Positions 27,186 through 37,254 of a stretch of 64,000 nt of DNA are shown one piece after another. Made by a program: the position numbers and the translations under genes. Each line of letters starts with the position of its first letter. The first letter of the stretch is position 1. Under the pieces are notes generated by a model, which saw nothing but the letters and a program-made list of their open reading frames with translations, made no database searches and was not told the origin of the DNA. The DNA is from Candidatus Methylacidiphilales bacterium (GTDB taxonomy: Bacteria > Verrucomicrobiota > Verrucomicrobiia > Methylacidiphilales > UBA1321). The stretch spans positions 11,857-75,856 of the forward strand of contig DATJMI010000039.1 of the NCBI GenBank assembly GCA_035508775.1. The letters are read 5' to 3'.

Positions 27186-29156
27186 TCATTTCGGCGGATC
27201 GGCCTGATGGGGTACAGGCACGGTCGCCGAGGATGACGGCGAAAGGGCTGGCGAGGCATTGGTGGCCGCCGGGGTCGTCGCTGAAGATACGTTCGCGCTC
27301 AAGGCGGGCGTGTTTTTGGCCGTTGCGGGAATGGATGGAGTTCCCGCCGTGGCGGTCGGGCTGTTCGTTGTGGAAGCGGCACCGATCGGCGGATGGACTT
27401 TGGGAGCGGAGGCCGGAACATAATTAAAATGCCAATTGGCCACCATGACTTGGCCGGTTTCGGCGTCACGGACCCGGATGTTGACCACCACCACCGGATC
27501 GATCAGGTCACGCGGCAGATAAAGCCGGACCGTCGAGGTCTTGGGATCGAAGTCGTGACGCACCAGCCCGAAATCGCGCACCTCGGTCTCGATGGACTTG
27601 GGATTGAGCGTGCCGGCATAGCCGAGCACGGCGGTAATCACCGGCCGGGGATCGCTGGTAGTGGCCCCGGGCATCGGATTGGCATCGGCCAGTCCAAGGG
27701 CGCCCTGCCGCAAATAGGCGGTGAAGGAGCGCTCGACCGGCTGCGTGATGATGTAGCGCCCCATGCTGAATTTATCGGTGGTGCTGTGGACGGGATTATC
27801 GGCCACGGTGAAAATCGCGTCGAATCCGGCGGCGATGACCTTGGCCTGGACTTCCTTGTTATAAGCGCCGTAGGGATAGGCAAAGTAAGGAACCGGCTTG
27901 CCCATTTTCTTTTCGATGAGCGCCTTGGCCCCGGCGGTTTCATTGGTCAGCCATTGGTCGTACTCCTCGGGCGAGAAGTTATGCCAGACACCCTTGATTC
28001 TCTGGTGATGGCTCGTCAGAATCGGGTGGGTCATGGAATGGCATTCGATGTCGACGCCATCCTTCTGCAGGGCCAGCAGATCGGGCCAACTGGCCGCTCC
28101 CTTGCTCTCGGTCGTGGTGATAAAATCGGGATAAACGAAGAACGTCCACGGAAAGCCATACTTTTTAAGGACGGGCGCCGCCCAGACAATGGCGCTCTTG
28201 TAGCCGTCGTCGATGGTAATGGCCACCGAATTGGGCGGCAGACCGATCTCATGTTTGACAAAGCGGACCACATCGGACAGCGGAACGACGTGATAGCCGT
28301 TATCCTTGAGATATTTCATTTCCGAATCGAAAACGTCCTGCCTCATCACGTACGGATTTTTCGATGACTGGCCCGGACCGACGAACTGGTGATAGCCCAG
28401 CACAATCACGCTCGCCTCAACCGCCATCGGGCGCGCCATCCCAGACTGGGCTCCAGGCGCCACGGTATTGGTTGCGGCTACAACTGGCGCGGCATTGGTG
28501 GAAGGCGCGGTTGTTGGAGCCGGAGTGTTCGTCGCCGGCGCAGGCGCAACGGGGGCGGGCGCGGTTATGGCCGGGGGAACGGACGGCATGGCCTGTACCT
28601 GCGCGCCACCGGCGGGAAACGGAGTGTAGGCGGCGAGCATGACCAGAGCCAAATTTTTGATGCCCGGATATAGCATGGTCGAGGAGGACGCCGGAGGGTT
28701 GCTTGAGTTCGTGCCGGATGGAGCCGAGTTGGATGAAGCGGGAGCATTGTCCGGGGAATTCGAGGGCGGCAACGGACCGATGATGACGTTCGTATCGGGC
28801 GCTTCGGGCACAGAGTTGGGCGCCATGGGCGCGGAATTGGTGTCCACGTCCACCGGGCTGGGAAGCGGAGGTGGGGATGGGGCGGCGGTGGCGGAGGGCG
28901 CCGCCGTATCCACCGTATCAGACGCGGAAGCGGGAGTCTGGGCCAACGCCGGAAGAGGGGGCGGCGGAGAAGATGGCGCCGGAACCGCATTGGAAGCAAT
29001 CTGCGTGGTCAGAACCATGCCATCGGCATTATGCGCCTGGCGTTCGTGCCGAAATTTTTGCTCCATGATCGAATCCTTCTGCATAAAGTAGAGAATGAAT
29101 CCGGCTATAAAGACTAAAACGCCAACGATCAGAACGAGAGTACGCTTCAGAAACAT
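27186..29156 (-). CDS. Polysaccharide deacetylase with long Pro/Ala/Ser/Thr linkers
   Basis: LGYH, ITIDDG, HSMTH, FAYPYG NodB motifs. Confidence 0.88.
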   Translation of the reverse strand: MFLKRTLVLIVGVLVFIAGFILYFMQKDSIMEQKFRHERQAHNADGMVLTTQIASNAVPAPSSPPPPLPALAQTPASASDTVDTAAPSATAAPSPPPLPSPVDVDTNSAPMAPNSVPEAPDTNVIIGPLPPSNSPDNAPASSNSAPSGTNSSNPPASSSTMLYPGIKNLALVMLAAYTPFPAGGAQVQAMPSVPPAITAPAPVAPAPATNTPAPTTAPSTNAAPVVAATNTVAPGAQSGMARPMAVEASVIVLGYHQFVGPGQSSKNPYVMRQDVFDSEMKYLKDNGYHVVPLSDVVRFVKHEIGLPPNSVAITIDDGYKSAIVWAAPVLKKYGFPWTFFVYPDFITTTESKGAASWPDLLALQKDGVDIECHSMTHPILTSHHQRIKGVWHNFSPEEYDQWLTNETAGAKALIEKKMGKPVPYFAYPYGAYNKEVQAKVIAAGFDAIFTVADNPVHSTTDKFSMGRYIITQPVERSFTAYLRQGALGLADANPMPGATTSDPRPVITAVLGYAGTLNPKSIETEVRDFGLVRHDFDPKTSTVRLYLPRDLIDPVVVVNIRVRDAETGQVMVANWHFNYVPASAPKVHPPIGAASTTNSPTATAGTPSIPATAKNTPALSANVSSATTPAATNASPALSPSSSATVPVPHQADPPK

Positions 29157-29171
29157 AAAGAAACCAGCATA

Positions 29172-29738
29172 TCAACCAAAGAGCCGGTCTTCAACTACTT
29201 CCAAAATGACATGGAGCATCCAACCGTGAAGTTCCTGCACGCGCGCGCCCAGTTCGGAAGGCACAATCCATTCCGCATCGGCCAACCCTTTGAGTTTACC
29301 GCCGCCGCGTCCCAGCAAGGTCACGGTTTTGACTCCTTTTTTCCGGGCCGCTTCCAGGGCGAGAAGGAGGTTGGGCGAATTGCCGCTGGAAGTGAAAAGC
29401 ACCAAAACATCTCCAGCCTGGCCAAGGGCCTCGACCTGGCGGGCGAAGATTTGATCGAAGCCAAAGTCGTTGCCAATGCAGGTTAGCGCGGTTCCATCCG
29501 ACGCCAGCGCGATGGCCGGCAAGGCGCGCCGGTTGTTTTTGTAGCGCCCAACCAGTTCCTCGGAGAGATGAAGCGCGTCGGCGGCGCTGCCCCCGTTACC
29601 CGCCGTCAGCACTTTTCTTCCGGACTGAAGGACATCGGCAATGAGTTCCGCGCAGCGCGCGGCCTCGGCCAAACCGCTTTCGGCCTCGGTCACCGCCCGC
29701 GCAAGTTCGGCATACTGACGGGAAATAATGGGATTCAT
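29172..29738 (-). CDS. gmhA: D-sedoheptulose 7-phosphate isomerase
   Basis: GNGGSAADA.H..EL.GR, GNDFG, SSGNSPN, VQELH. Confidence 0.9.
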   Translation of the reverse strand: MNPIISRQYAELARAVTEAESGLAEAARCAELIADVLQSGRKVLTAGNGGSAADALHLSEELVGRYKNNRRALPAIALASDGTALTCIGNDFGFDQIFARQVEALGQAGDVLVLFTSSGNSPNLLLALEAARKKGVKTVTLLGRGGGKLKGLADAEWIVPSELGARVQELHGWMLHVILEVVEDRLFG

Positions 29739-29838
29739 GAGAAAAAGAACTATGTATCGGATTCTATCAGCAAGAATGATTTCGGTGAATGGGAACTTTT
29801 AAAATGAAAAGAGATGAGGCATAAATGACGATTCGGCG

Positions 29839-30987
29839 ATGAAAATCTATTTCCGCTATTTATTCATGCGGCTCTTCCAGGTGTTTACCATGGTGTTGGT
29901 GGCGATGGCGCTCATCTGGATCATGGTCGACCTTTACGGGAATATCGACGATTTCCTGGAGCATAAAATCGACTTGCGGCGGATTTTGCTCTTCTACGTC
30001 TGGAATATTCCGAGGATGCTGGTGCTAGTCCTGCCTGCCGCGCTTCTCTTTTCGATGCTTTTCACCATGCTGGGGTTGAACCGGCGCAGTGAACTGGTGG
30101 CGTTCCAATCGGGCGGAATGGCGCCGCTGATTCTCTTCGCCCCCTTTTTCCTCTTCGCGGCGCTTTGCGTCGCGGCGCTGGCTTATGACATGCATGCCCC
30201 GGCCGCCATTGCGGATGTGACCCGCGACCGGCTGCTCCGACAAATCAAGGGAGAATCGGCCGGGCGTAATGATCTGACAACGCTCATCAATCTCGACGTC
30301 ATTCATCACAAGGACTGGTATATTGAGAATCTCAACACGCGCACGGGAGAAGCCCAAAAGATTACCGTAACCGATATGAATGACCAATGGGAGGATGAGC
30401 GCACCTATGCGGCGAACACCGGCCAGTGGACCGGCGATTCGTGGCGCCTGAGCAACGGGGTGGCGAAAATTCCGTATGCGCCGGGTAATATTCCCGGCGA
30501 CCGGAAACAATACGGAACAGTCGATCTCGATATCTCGACGCCGCCGCAAGAGCTGGCGTTGAATCATTCCGAACCGGCGCAGCTCACCGTTCCCCAACTC
30601 GAACAGTACATCAACACCCAGCCGGACTCGTCCAAACTGGCCTACTATCGCACGGAATGGTGGTACCGGGTACTTTATCCGCTTTGTCTTCCCGTCCTGA
30701 TGCTTTTCGCCCTGAGACAGGGAGCGCAAATCGACCGCCGAAACACCTTGGCCGGCGTGGCTCTGGCCATCGTCGTCTTTTTCTCGTTCAACTTTTCCAT
30801 GTATGTTTTCAGGGCTGTCGGCGAGCACGGTCATATGCCACCTTATGCCGCCATCGGCATAACCGAGGTTATTTTCGGTCTGATCGGTCTTCACTTGCTG
30901 GCTTTGAACAACGGTTGGTGGTGGCAATTAGGCCAACGGTGGAACAAAGGGCGAACGTCCCCGGTTGCGCCGGGTAAACGGAGCTGA
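29839..30987 (+). CDS. LPS export ABC permease LptF/LptG family
   Basis: 3 TM + periplasmic beta domain + 3 TM; SELVA..SGG motif. Confidence 0.85.
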   Translation: MKIYFRYLFMRLFQVFTMVLVAMALIWIMVDLYGNIDDFLEHKIDLRRILLFYVWNIPRMLVLVLPAALLFSMLFTMLGLNRRSELVAFQSGGMAPLILFAPFFLFAALCVAALAYDMHAPAAIADVTRDRLLRQIKGESAGRNDLTTLINLDVIHHKDWYIENLNTRTGEAQKITVTDMNDQWEDERTYAANTGQWTGDSWRLSNGVAKIPYAPGNIPGDRKQYGTVDLDISTPPQELALNHSEPAQLTVPQLEQYINTQPDSSKLAYYRTEWWYRVLYPLCLPVLMLFALRQGAQIDRRNTLAGVALAIVVFFSFNFSMYVFRAVGEHGHMPPYAAIGITEVIFGLIGLHLLALNNGWWWQLGQRWNKGRTSPVAPGKRS

Positions 30988-31012
30988 TTCCGAGTTGACC
31001 TTATTGATTACG

Positions 31013-31963
31013 ATGCCTGCGTCCATCCCGACACCTCCGGCCGGCGGCCAGGATCCGGACGTGGCCGCATTTCTCGCCCGGCTCGAAGCAGGCCGCGGCG
31101 CATCGCCCAAAACAACGCGCAATTACCGGCAGGCGCTCATGGAATTCAAAGCGACTGTGCCGGAACGGTCCTGGTGGAGCCTGACCCCGGCCGACTTCAA
31201 AAATTATCTCTACCGCCTGGCCCGGGAAAGGAATCTCAGCCCGGCCACGGTGCGGCTGCGATTCGCCGCGTTGCGCACGTTTTACAAACAGGCCTTGCGT
31301 GAAGGCCGCGTCAAATCAAACCCGGTGGCTGGCCTCTCCCTGCCGAAAATGCCGCGCAGGCTGCCGGTCTTTCTTAATCAGGAACAGGTGCTGGCGCTGC
31401 TGGAAGCGCCCCGGCAGCTCTGGGAAAAAGAGGCGGCGGGAGGAAAAAAGCCCTCGCGCCGAAGGGGGCAAAACTGGCAGATGCTGCGCGATACGGCGTG
31501 GCTCGAACTTTTCTACAGCACGGGTCTGCGTCTGGCCGAGTTGACCAGCCTGAAGCGGGAAAACGCCGACCTGCGTCACGGCACGGTGCGCGTTTTCGGC
31601 AAGGGCAGGAAAGAACGGCTCTGTCCCCTGGGCGGTCCGGCGGCGCGTGCCCTGGAAGCTTATCTGGACGCCTGCCCATTTGATAACAGCGCACTCTTCG
31701 TCTCGGAACGGGGCACACCCCTCCATGGCCGCACGGTGCAGTTTGCCCTCAAGCGCTATCTCGCCGCGGCTGGACTCGATTCGCGCCTGACGCCCCACAA
31801 GTTGCGGCATACTTTCGCGACTCACCTGCTGGATCACGGAGCCGACCTGCGCAGTGTGCAGGAACTGCTCGGCCATCGCCAGCTCACCACCACCCAAATC
31901 TATACTTCCGTCTCGGTCGACCGGCTGAAACGTGTCTATACTCGCTCCCATCCCCGGGCATGA
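31013..31963 (+). CDS. xerC: Tyrosine recombinase XerC-like
   Basis: GLRLAE, GKG.KER, HKLRHTFATH, LLGH, TQIYT. Confidence 0.85.
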   Translation: MPASIPTPPAGGQDPDVAAFLARLEAGRGASPKTTRNYRQALMEFKATVPERSWWSLTPADFKNYLYRLARERNLSPATVRLRFAALRTFYKQALREGRVKSNPVAGLSLPKMPRRLPVFLNQEQVLALLEAPRQLWEKEAAGGKKPSRRRGQNWQMLRDTAWLELFYSTGLRLAELTSLKRENADLRHGTVRVFGKGRKERLCPLGGPAARALEAYLDACPFDNSALFVSERGTPLHGRTVQFALKRYLAAAGLDSRLTPHKLRHTFATHLLDHGADLRSVQELLGHRQLTTTQIYTSVSVDRLKRVYTRSHPRA

Positions 31964-33303
31964 AATCGGCTATCAATTTCGCTCTGCAAGTTTTTTACAA
32001 CATTGTCTTCGTGACGTTTTTCTTCGTCACGGGACCGTTTTTCCTCTGGCGCCTCTGGCGGCGCGGCAAACTGCTGCCCCAATTCGGGCAACGCTTCGGT
32101 ATCTACTCCAAGGAGGTTCGCGAGCGGCTCAAGCCGGGCTGCGATCTTTGGATTCACGCGGTCAGCGTCGGCGAGGTGAAGCTGGCGCGGGTGCTGATCC
32201 GTTGCCTGCGCGAAATGCGGCCCGGACTGCAGATCGTCGTTTCCACGACGACGGGCACCGGCTTTGCCCTGGCCAAAAAGGAATTGGAGAATGAGCGTAC
32301 CACCGTGATCTACAATCCCATCGATTTTCTTTGGAGCGTGGTCTGGGCGTTCAAACTCATCCGGCCCCGGCGGCTCATCTTGATCGAGTCGGAAGTCTGG
32401 CCGAATTATCTTTGGTGCGCGCGCCGGCGGCGCATCCCGGTCTATCTGGTCAACACGCGGCTGAGCGAGCGAAGCGAGGAACGCTATCGCCGGATGCGCT
32501 GGTTGATCCGTCCGCTCCTGGCCGAGATCAGCCTCGTCTTCGCCCAGGATCAAACCGAAGTGACGCGGCTGACGCAATCCGGCTTCGCGCCCGAGACGGT
32601 TTTCAATCTTGGGAGCCTCAAATATGACGTGGCCGAGCTTGACGCCCATAATGAAAAGGACATCAGCGCCTGGTGGACGCGCACGGGCTGGAGCAGCGCG
32701 CAACCGATTCTCCTCGGCGGCAGCACCCATCCGGGCGAGGAGGAAGTGCTGACCCGGATTTACCGCGATCTGCGCGAAAAACGGCCCGAATGGAAACTGG
32801 TTCTTGTTCCACGCCACGCCGAGCGAGGCGCCGGCATCCGCGACATGTGCGAACGGATGGGACTGCGCGCGGTCACGCGCCATCAATTGGCCGAGGCGGA
32901 CGGACCGCTGGCCAACGGCAGCACGCCCGATGTCCTGGTCGTGAACTCGACCGGCGAACTCGGTTCGCTTTACAAGCTGGCCACGCTCGCCTTCGTGGGC
33001 AAGAGTTTGCGCGGCGATGGCGGGCAAAATTTCATCGAGGCCGCGCCCGCCGGCGCCGCCATTGTGGTGGGGCCGAATGTGCAAAATTTCAAGATTCCGG
33101 CCCGCGAGTTTCTCGCGCGCCAGGCCATCGTGCAGGTGAGCGACGAGTTTGAGCTGGCCCAGCAGTTGCGGTTCCTCTCCGAATCGGAAGAGGCCCGCCG
33201 TGAACTTGGCGCCCGCGCCCGCGCTGCCTTCGAGGCGAATCTCGGCGCCGCGCAGCGCACGGCCCAGGTGATTCTTCAGTCGTTGGATCAGGAGAAGGTC
33301 TAA
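31960..33303 (+). CDS. waaA: 3-deoxy-D-manno-octulosonic acid (Kdo) transferase
   Basis: WIHAVSVGE, ESEVWPN, GSTHPGEE, VPRHAER, GGQN.IE. Confidence 0.93.
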   Translation: MKSAINFALQVFYNIVFVTFFFVTGPFFLWRLWRRGKLLPQFGQRFGIYSKEVRERLKPGCDLWIHAVSVGEVKLARVLIRCLREMRPGLQIVVSTTTGTGFALAKKELENERTTVIYNPIDFLWSVVWAFKLIRPRRLILIESEVWPNYLWCARRRRIPVYLVNTRLSERSEERYRRMRWLIRPLLAEISLVFAQDQTEVTRLTQSGFAPETVFNLGSLKYDVAELDAHNEKDISAWWTRTGWSSAQPILLGGSTHPGEEEVLTRIYRDLREKRPEWKLVLVPRHAERGAGIRDMCERMGLRAVTRHQLAEADGPLANGSTPDVLVVNSTGELGSLYKLATLAFVGKSLRGDGGQNFIEAAPAGAAIVVGPNVQNFKIPAREFLARQAIVQVSDEFELAQQLRFLSESEEARRELGARARAAFEANLGAAQRTAQVILQSLDQEKV

Positions 33304-33320
33304 TTTCCCAACCCATTTTT

Positions 33321-34636
33321 ATGCATCAGGATCCCTGGAGCAACAGCAGGTGGTTTGCTATTGCCTCGACCGTCTTTGTCCTGACCGCCGCCGGCATTTG
33401 GTATGCGACCACTGAAGTTCTTACCCAAATTTACACCGCAACGGCGGCCATGCAGATCAATCCCCGGGACATCTATGACGTCAATCCTTTGGGCTTCCCG
33501 CTCGAGCAGCGAATGTACCCGGCATATATCCAAGCTGAATTTGAAGTCATCCAATCCTCGGATGTTTTGCTGCCCGTCATCAACGATCTGGGTCTTGATA
33601 AAACCTGGGCCAAACGTTACAAGTCCGGTCAGGAGAGTCTGACTCCAGAGGAATCGCTCGCGCATATGCAAAAGATTCTCAGCTCAGTCTTAAACCTGGG
33701 ACGAATATCGTGGTGGTAAGCGTCCAGAGTGAAGTGCCCAAGGAGGCCGCGGATATCGCCAATGCCGTCATGGATCAGTATAAGTCACTTCGTGATCTCG
33801 AAGAAACCGAGCGCCAGAAACGCGGTACCGATAGTTTGCGCGAAACAATCAAGCAGCAGGAAGCGGTGGTGGCCAATGCCAACGCCAAAGTGGAACAGTT
33901 GCGGCAAGAGCTCTTAAAAAATAATATCCATATCGTCGGCGAGGGCGATGTGGAACGCGATGGAGCGGAGCTCGCAACCCGTAAGCGCGATCTTTTCGAC
34001 GCCAAGGAAGATGCCGATGCCCGCAAGGTACTTCTGAACCAAGTGCAAAATCTTAACGACGATGATTTCGTTAATACCATGAGCGGGCTTGATCGCCTGT
34101 TGCCGCAGATCGATAACCTGCGGGCGCAGTATGACCAGGTTGAAAACGAAATCGATAGCCTTCTTAAGCAAGGTTTTTCCGAAAGCCATCCCCGCATTCA
34201 AGCTCTGCGCGACAAACAGGCCAGCCGCCAAAAAGAGATCAAGGATTTGATTCAGGGGGAACGCCGCGCCCTGGTGATCGACGCGCAGACGGCCCAATCG
34301 CGGGTCGATATGCTGACCCAGGAGGTGAACATGCTCGAAACCAAGGTGAGCTTGGAGAAAAACTCCGCTGTGGCGCCTTTTCACGATGCCGTCAGGGAGC
34401 GGGACAAGCAGCAAGGCATTCTTGATGCGATGACGATTTACCTCAAGCAAATCAACATGGGGTCTCAAACAGTGGAAAGTCTGGTCAGGATTATCACCCG
34501 GGCTCGGCCGCCCACGGCGCCTTCCAGTCCCAATCGGCTTTTCTGCCTCGCGCTCTCCCTGGCCGGGGGTGGTTTTCTTGGTGTTGCCGTCGCCACCGTC
34601 ACCGAATTGATCCTCGGGCGCGCGCGGCTTTCGTAA
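33321..34636 (+). pseudogene. Wzz/GumC-like polysaccharide chain-length regulator split by a single frameshift near 33681
   Basis: TM..YTATA..EFEVIQS N-half; adding one base after KIL gives LSLKPGTNIVVVSV continuing into 33710-34636 coiled coil with A.PP..PSSP + TM. Confidence 0.72.
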
Positions 34637-34646
34637 ACGGGCTCGC

Positions 34647-35057
34647 CTATCTCACCGCGACTCGCGACCGGGGCGCGAAACGGGCCGACCCGTCGAAGGT
34701 ATTGAGATAACGGTCTTCACCCAGGCTCATCTCCCCAGTGCGGGCGAGACGGCAATCGCACGCGGCCTTCTGCAATTTCAAACAGGGCGTATCGACGAAA
34801 AAGAGGACGACTTCAAAATGGCCGGCGGGTCGCCGCAGGGGATGGCAAGCCACGACGACTCCGGAACAGCAATGGCGCTCCCCCTGATGCTCGAAGGCAA
34901 ATTCGACTTCCGTACCTTCAGCAAAGGCCCATTTGGTGAGCAGCTTGACCCCTTTGGGCGTCCAGTGAATCTGGTTATGGATAAGATCGATAGAATCCGA
35001 GAAGCTGACCGTTACACGTTCTTCATCAGTTGAGCGGGATTTGCTTGAGATTGCCAT
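34647..35057 (-). CDS. Hypothetical protein, possibly PilZ-like beta barrel
   Basis: Clean ORF after AT-rich promoter; GV.L...F..GTEV, C.GVVVAC, FEV.L.F pattern. Confidence 0.55.
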   Translation of the reverse strand: MAISSKSRSTDEERVTVSFSDSIDLIHNQIHWTPKGVKLLTKWAFAEGTEVEFAFEHQGERHCCSGVVVACHPLRRPAGHFEVVLFFVDTPCLKLQKAACDCRLARTGEMSLGEDRYLNTFDGSARFAPRSRVAVR

Positions 35058-35300
35058 GGCAATTGATCTTATAGACTACTTTTTACTTAACACAGAATAA
35101 CGTTCTGTCAAATGCGATAACATTACATTTTTCACTTAATCTCAAAGCCCTGTTGCAAAACGGCCTTGGATAGCAATCATGCCTTAAAATCGGATGCTTG
35201 GGCAACCGGTGAATGACGGACCGGTAAGATGGCATAGTCTAATAAAGCACATTTCGCAGGAGATGACTTGGTTTTTTTCGCGCCCGCTCTCCTCTCTCAA

Positions 35301-36206
35301 TCAAGCCCGGGGATGAAACCGGCGATGGACTTGTTTAAGACGCGCCTCGTCGACATGGGTGTAAACCTGCGTGGTGGCCAAGCTGGCGTGACCGAGCATT
35401 TCCTGAATGGCGCGCAAATCGGCGCCGTGACTGAGCAGATGGGTGGCAAATGAGTGACGCAATAAATGAGGCCAGATTTTTTTTCCGACTCCGGCCAGGG
35501 CGGCGACTTCGCGCACGATCTGCCACAGGCGCGCCGTGGTCAGCCGGCGGCCATGCTCGCCGAGAAAAATTTCGCCGCCAGTCTTTGGTTTCACCAGTTT
35601 GGGCCGACCATAGGTCAGCCAGCCATCGAGCGCGGCGATGGCCTTTTCGCCCACCGGCACGAGGCGTTCGCGATTGCCCTTGCCGATGACCCGCAGCAGT
35701 TTTTCCTCGCGAAGATAATTCTCCAGCCGCAGTCCGGCGATTTCCCCGGCCCGCAGGCCGCTGGCGTAGAGCACTTCGATGAGCGCGCGGTCCCGTCGGC
35801 CGCGCGGCGTTGCCGGGAAATTGGCGGCAAGGAGGCGCGAAACCTCATCCTCGGTCAGCGTCTTGGGCAAAAGCTGATCGGGACGGGGAAGATCGAGCGC
35901 GGGCAGCAGATCATGCCCGATGAGATTTTCCCGCTTGAGATGGGAAAAAAAATGACGCAGCGCAACCACGATGACTTTGACCGAAGCGGGCGCGAGCCGC
36001 CCCTGCGCGCGCCGGGCGCGGAGAAAGTCGCGAAGATCGTCCCCGGTGAGCGCGTCCGGCCCGGCGCCGGGCCGGTTTTTTTCCATCCACGCCGCGAATG
36101 ATTCGAGCGCAACGCGGTTGATCATCTGGGTATTGACGGCGTGGCTTTTTTCCGTGGCCAGGTAGCCCAGGCAACCCTCGATAGCCTCTTCCCAGCGGGG
36201 ATTCAC
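35301..36206 (-). CDS. xerD: Tyrosine recombinase XerD-like
   Basis: YASGLR, GKGN.ERLVP, HLLRHSFATH, QEMLGH, TQVYTHV. Confidence 0.85.
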   Translation of the reverse strand: MNPRWEEAIEGCLGYLATEKSHAVNTQMINRVALESFAAWMEKNRPGAGPDALTGDDLRDFLRARRAQGRLAPASVKVIVVALRHFFSHLKRENLIGHDLLPALDLPRPDQLLPKTLTEDEVSRLLAANFPATPRGRRDRALIEVLYASGLRAGEIAGLRLENYLREEKLLRVIGKGNRERLVPVGEKAIAALDGWLTYGRPKLVKPKTGGEIFLGEHGRRLTTARLWQIVREVAALAGVGKKIWPHLLRHSFATHLLSHGADLRAIQEMLGHASLATTQVYTHVDEARLKQVHRRFHPRA

Positions 36207-36919
36207 GGCGAGCGCCGATTCAGTTCCGCCAGCACCGACGGATCACGGACATCGGCCCAACCGCCTTGAATAATGACGCCGCGCAACCGGGCGCCGTTCC
36301 TGACCAGGGCTTTGAGCGCGTCGGTAAACTCGTACTCGCCCCGGGGCGATTTTTCCAGCGTAGCCGTGTGCTGGAAGATCAGCGGGGAAAGGAGATAAAT
36401 GCCGGCGTTGTAGAAAGCATTGTGCGGGATATGGCCCGAGCCGCCTTTCTCGACGAGGTCGGCCATGAAGCCTTTTTCGTCGAGAACCACCGCGCCGCCC
36501 TTGGTCAGGTCCTGGCCATCTTTCAGCGCGATCACGCCGTCTTCCCGGAACGCCCCGGCGAGCAATTTATAATCGGCCGGCGAGCGGAGCAGAATGTCGC
36601 CGTAGCTCATCAAAAAGCGATCCTCGCCAACCCACTTCTTTGCCAATTCAGGCGCTTTCCCGGTGCCATCCTGCACCACTTGCTCGCCATAGGCGATTTT
36701 CACGCCCCATGGGCCGCCGTCGCGGAAATGATCGCGGATGACCTGGCCGCACCAGCCAGTGACGATGAAAAAATCGCGAATGTCCGCTTCATCGCGCAGA
36801 CCGAGGAGGATGTGTTCGAGCACCGGCTTGCCCTCAACCAGCACCATCGGTTTGGGCAGATGGGCGGTCAGATCGCCCATGCGGGTTCCTTTTCCCGCGG
36901 CCAGAATGAGGGCTTTCAT
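36203..36919 (-). CDS. Sugar-1-phosphate nucleotidyltransferase
   Basis: LAAGKGTRM, PKPM, YGD, VEK, SPRGEYE. Confidence 0.88.
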   Translation of the reverse strand: MKALILAAGKGTRMGDLTAHLPKPMVLVEGKPVLEHILLGLRDEADIRDFFIVTGWCGQVIRDHFRDGGPWGVKIAYGEQVVQDGTGKAPELAKKWVGEDRFLMSYGDILLRSPADYKLLAGAFREDGVIALKDGQDLTKGGAVVLDEKGFMADLVEKGGSGHIPHNAFYNAGIYLLSPLIFQHTATLEKSPRGEYEFTDALKALVRNGARLRGVIIQGGWADVRDPSVLAELNRRSP

Positions 36920-36970
36920 GCGAACTCATCTAACCGCCCTGCGCCGAAAGGCCAAGCTTGTTTACTTCCC

Positions 36971-37254
36971 AGAGGTAATCCGAAAAGTAGGCATGAGCCG
37001 CGTGACGAGTCGAATTTGGGCCGAATCGAGGCGCGAGCGACGAGGTCCTGCGGACGGCAAAAAAGCTTCGCCGTAAAAAGTCTGCCGTGCGCAGCACCCC
37101 AAATTCGCCGTTACCCTGCGGGCCGAAGTCCTTTTGCCTTGGGCTATGTCGCTTATTCGTCACGTAGCACGTCAGCTATGCTCCTCACCCGACTCCTTGC
37201 CCCAAGGCAAAAATCCTTTCGGCGCAACCCATGCCTACTTTTTCGGACTGCCTC
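36971..37254. repeat. Palindromic mosaic element B
   Basis: TIRs AGAGGTAATCCGAAAAGTAGGCATG / CATGCCTACTTTTTCGGACTGCCTC; aligns to the reverse complement of element A. Confidence 0.88.

Noticed and set aside
35093-35109. ACAGAA-N5-TTCTGT palindrome upstream of the 35057 gene
   Set aside because: Single short instance with no second copy or assignable regulator
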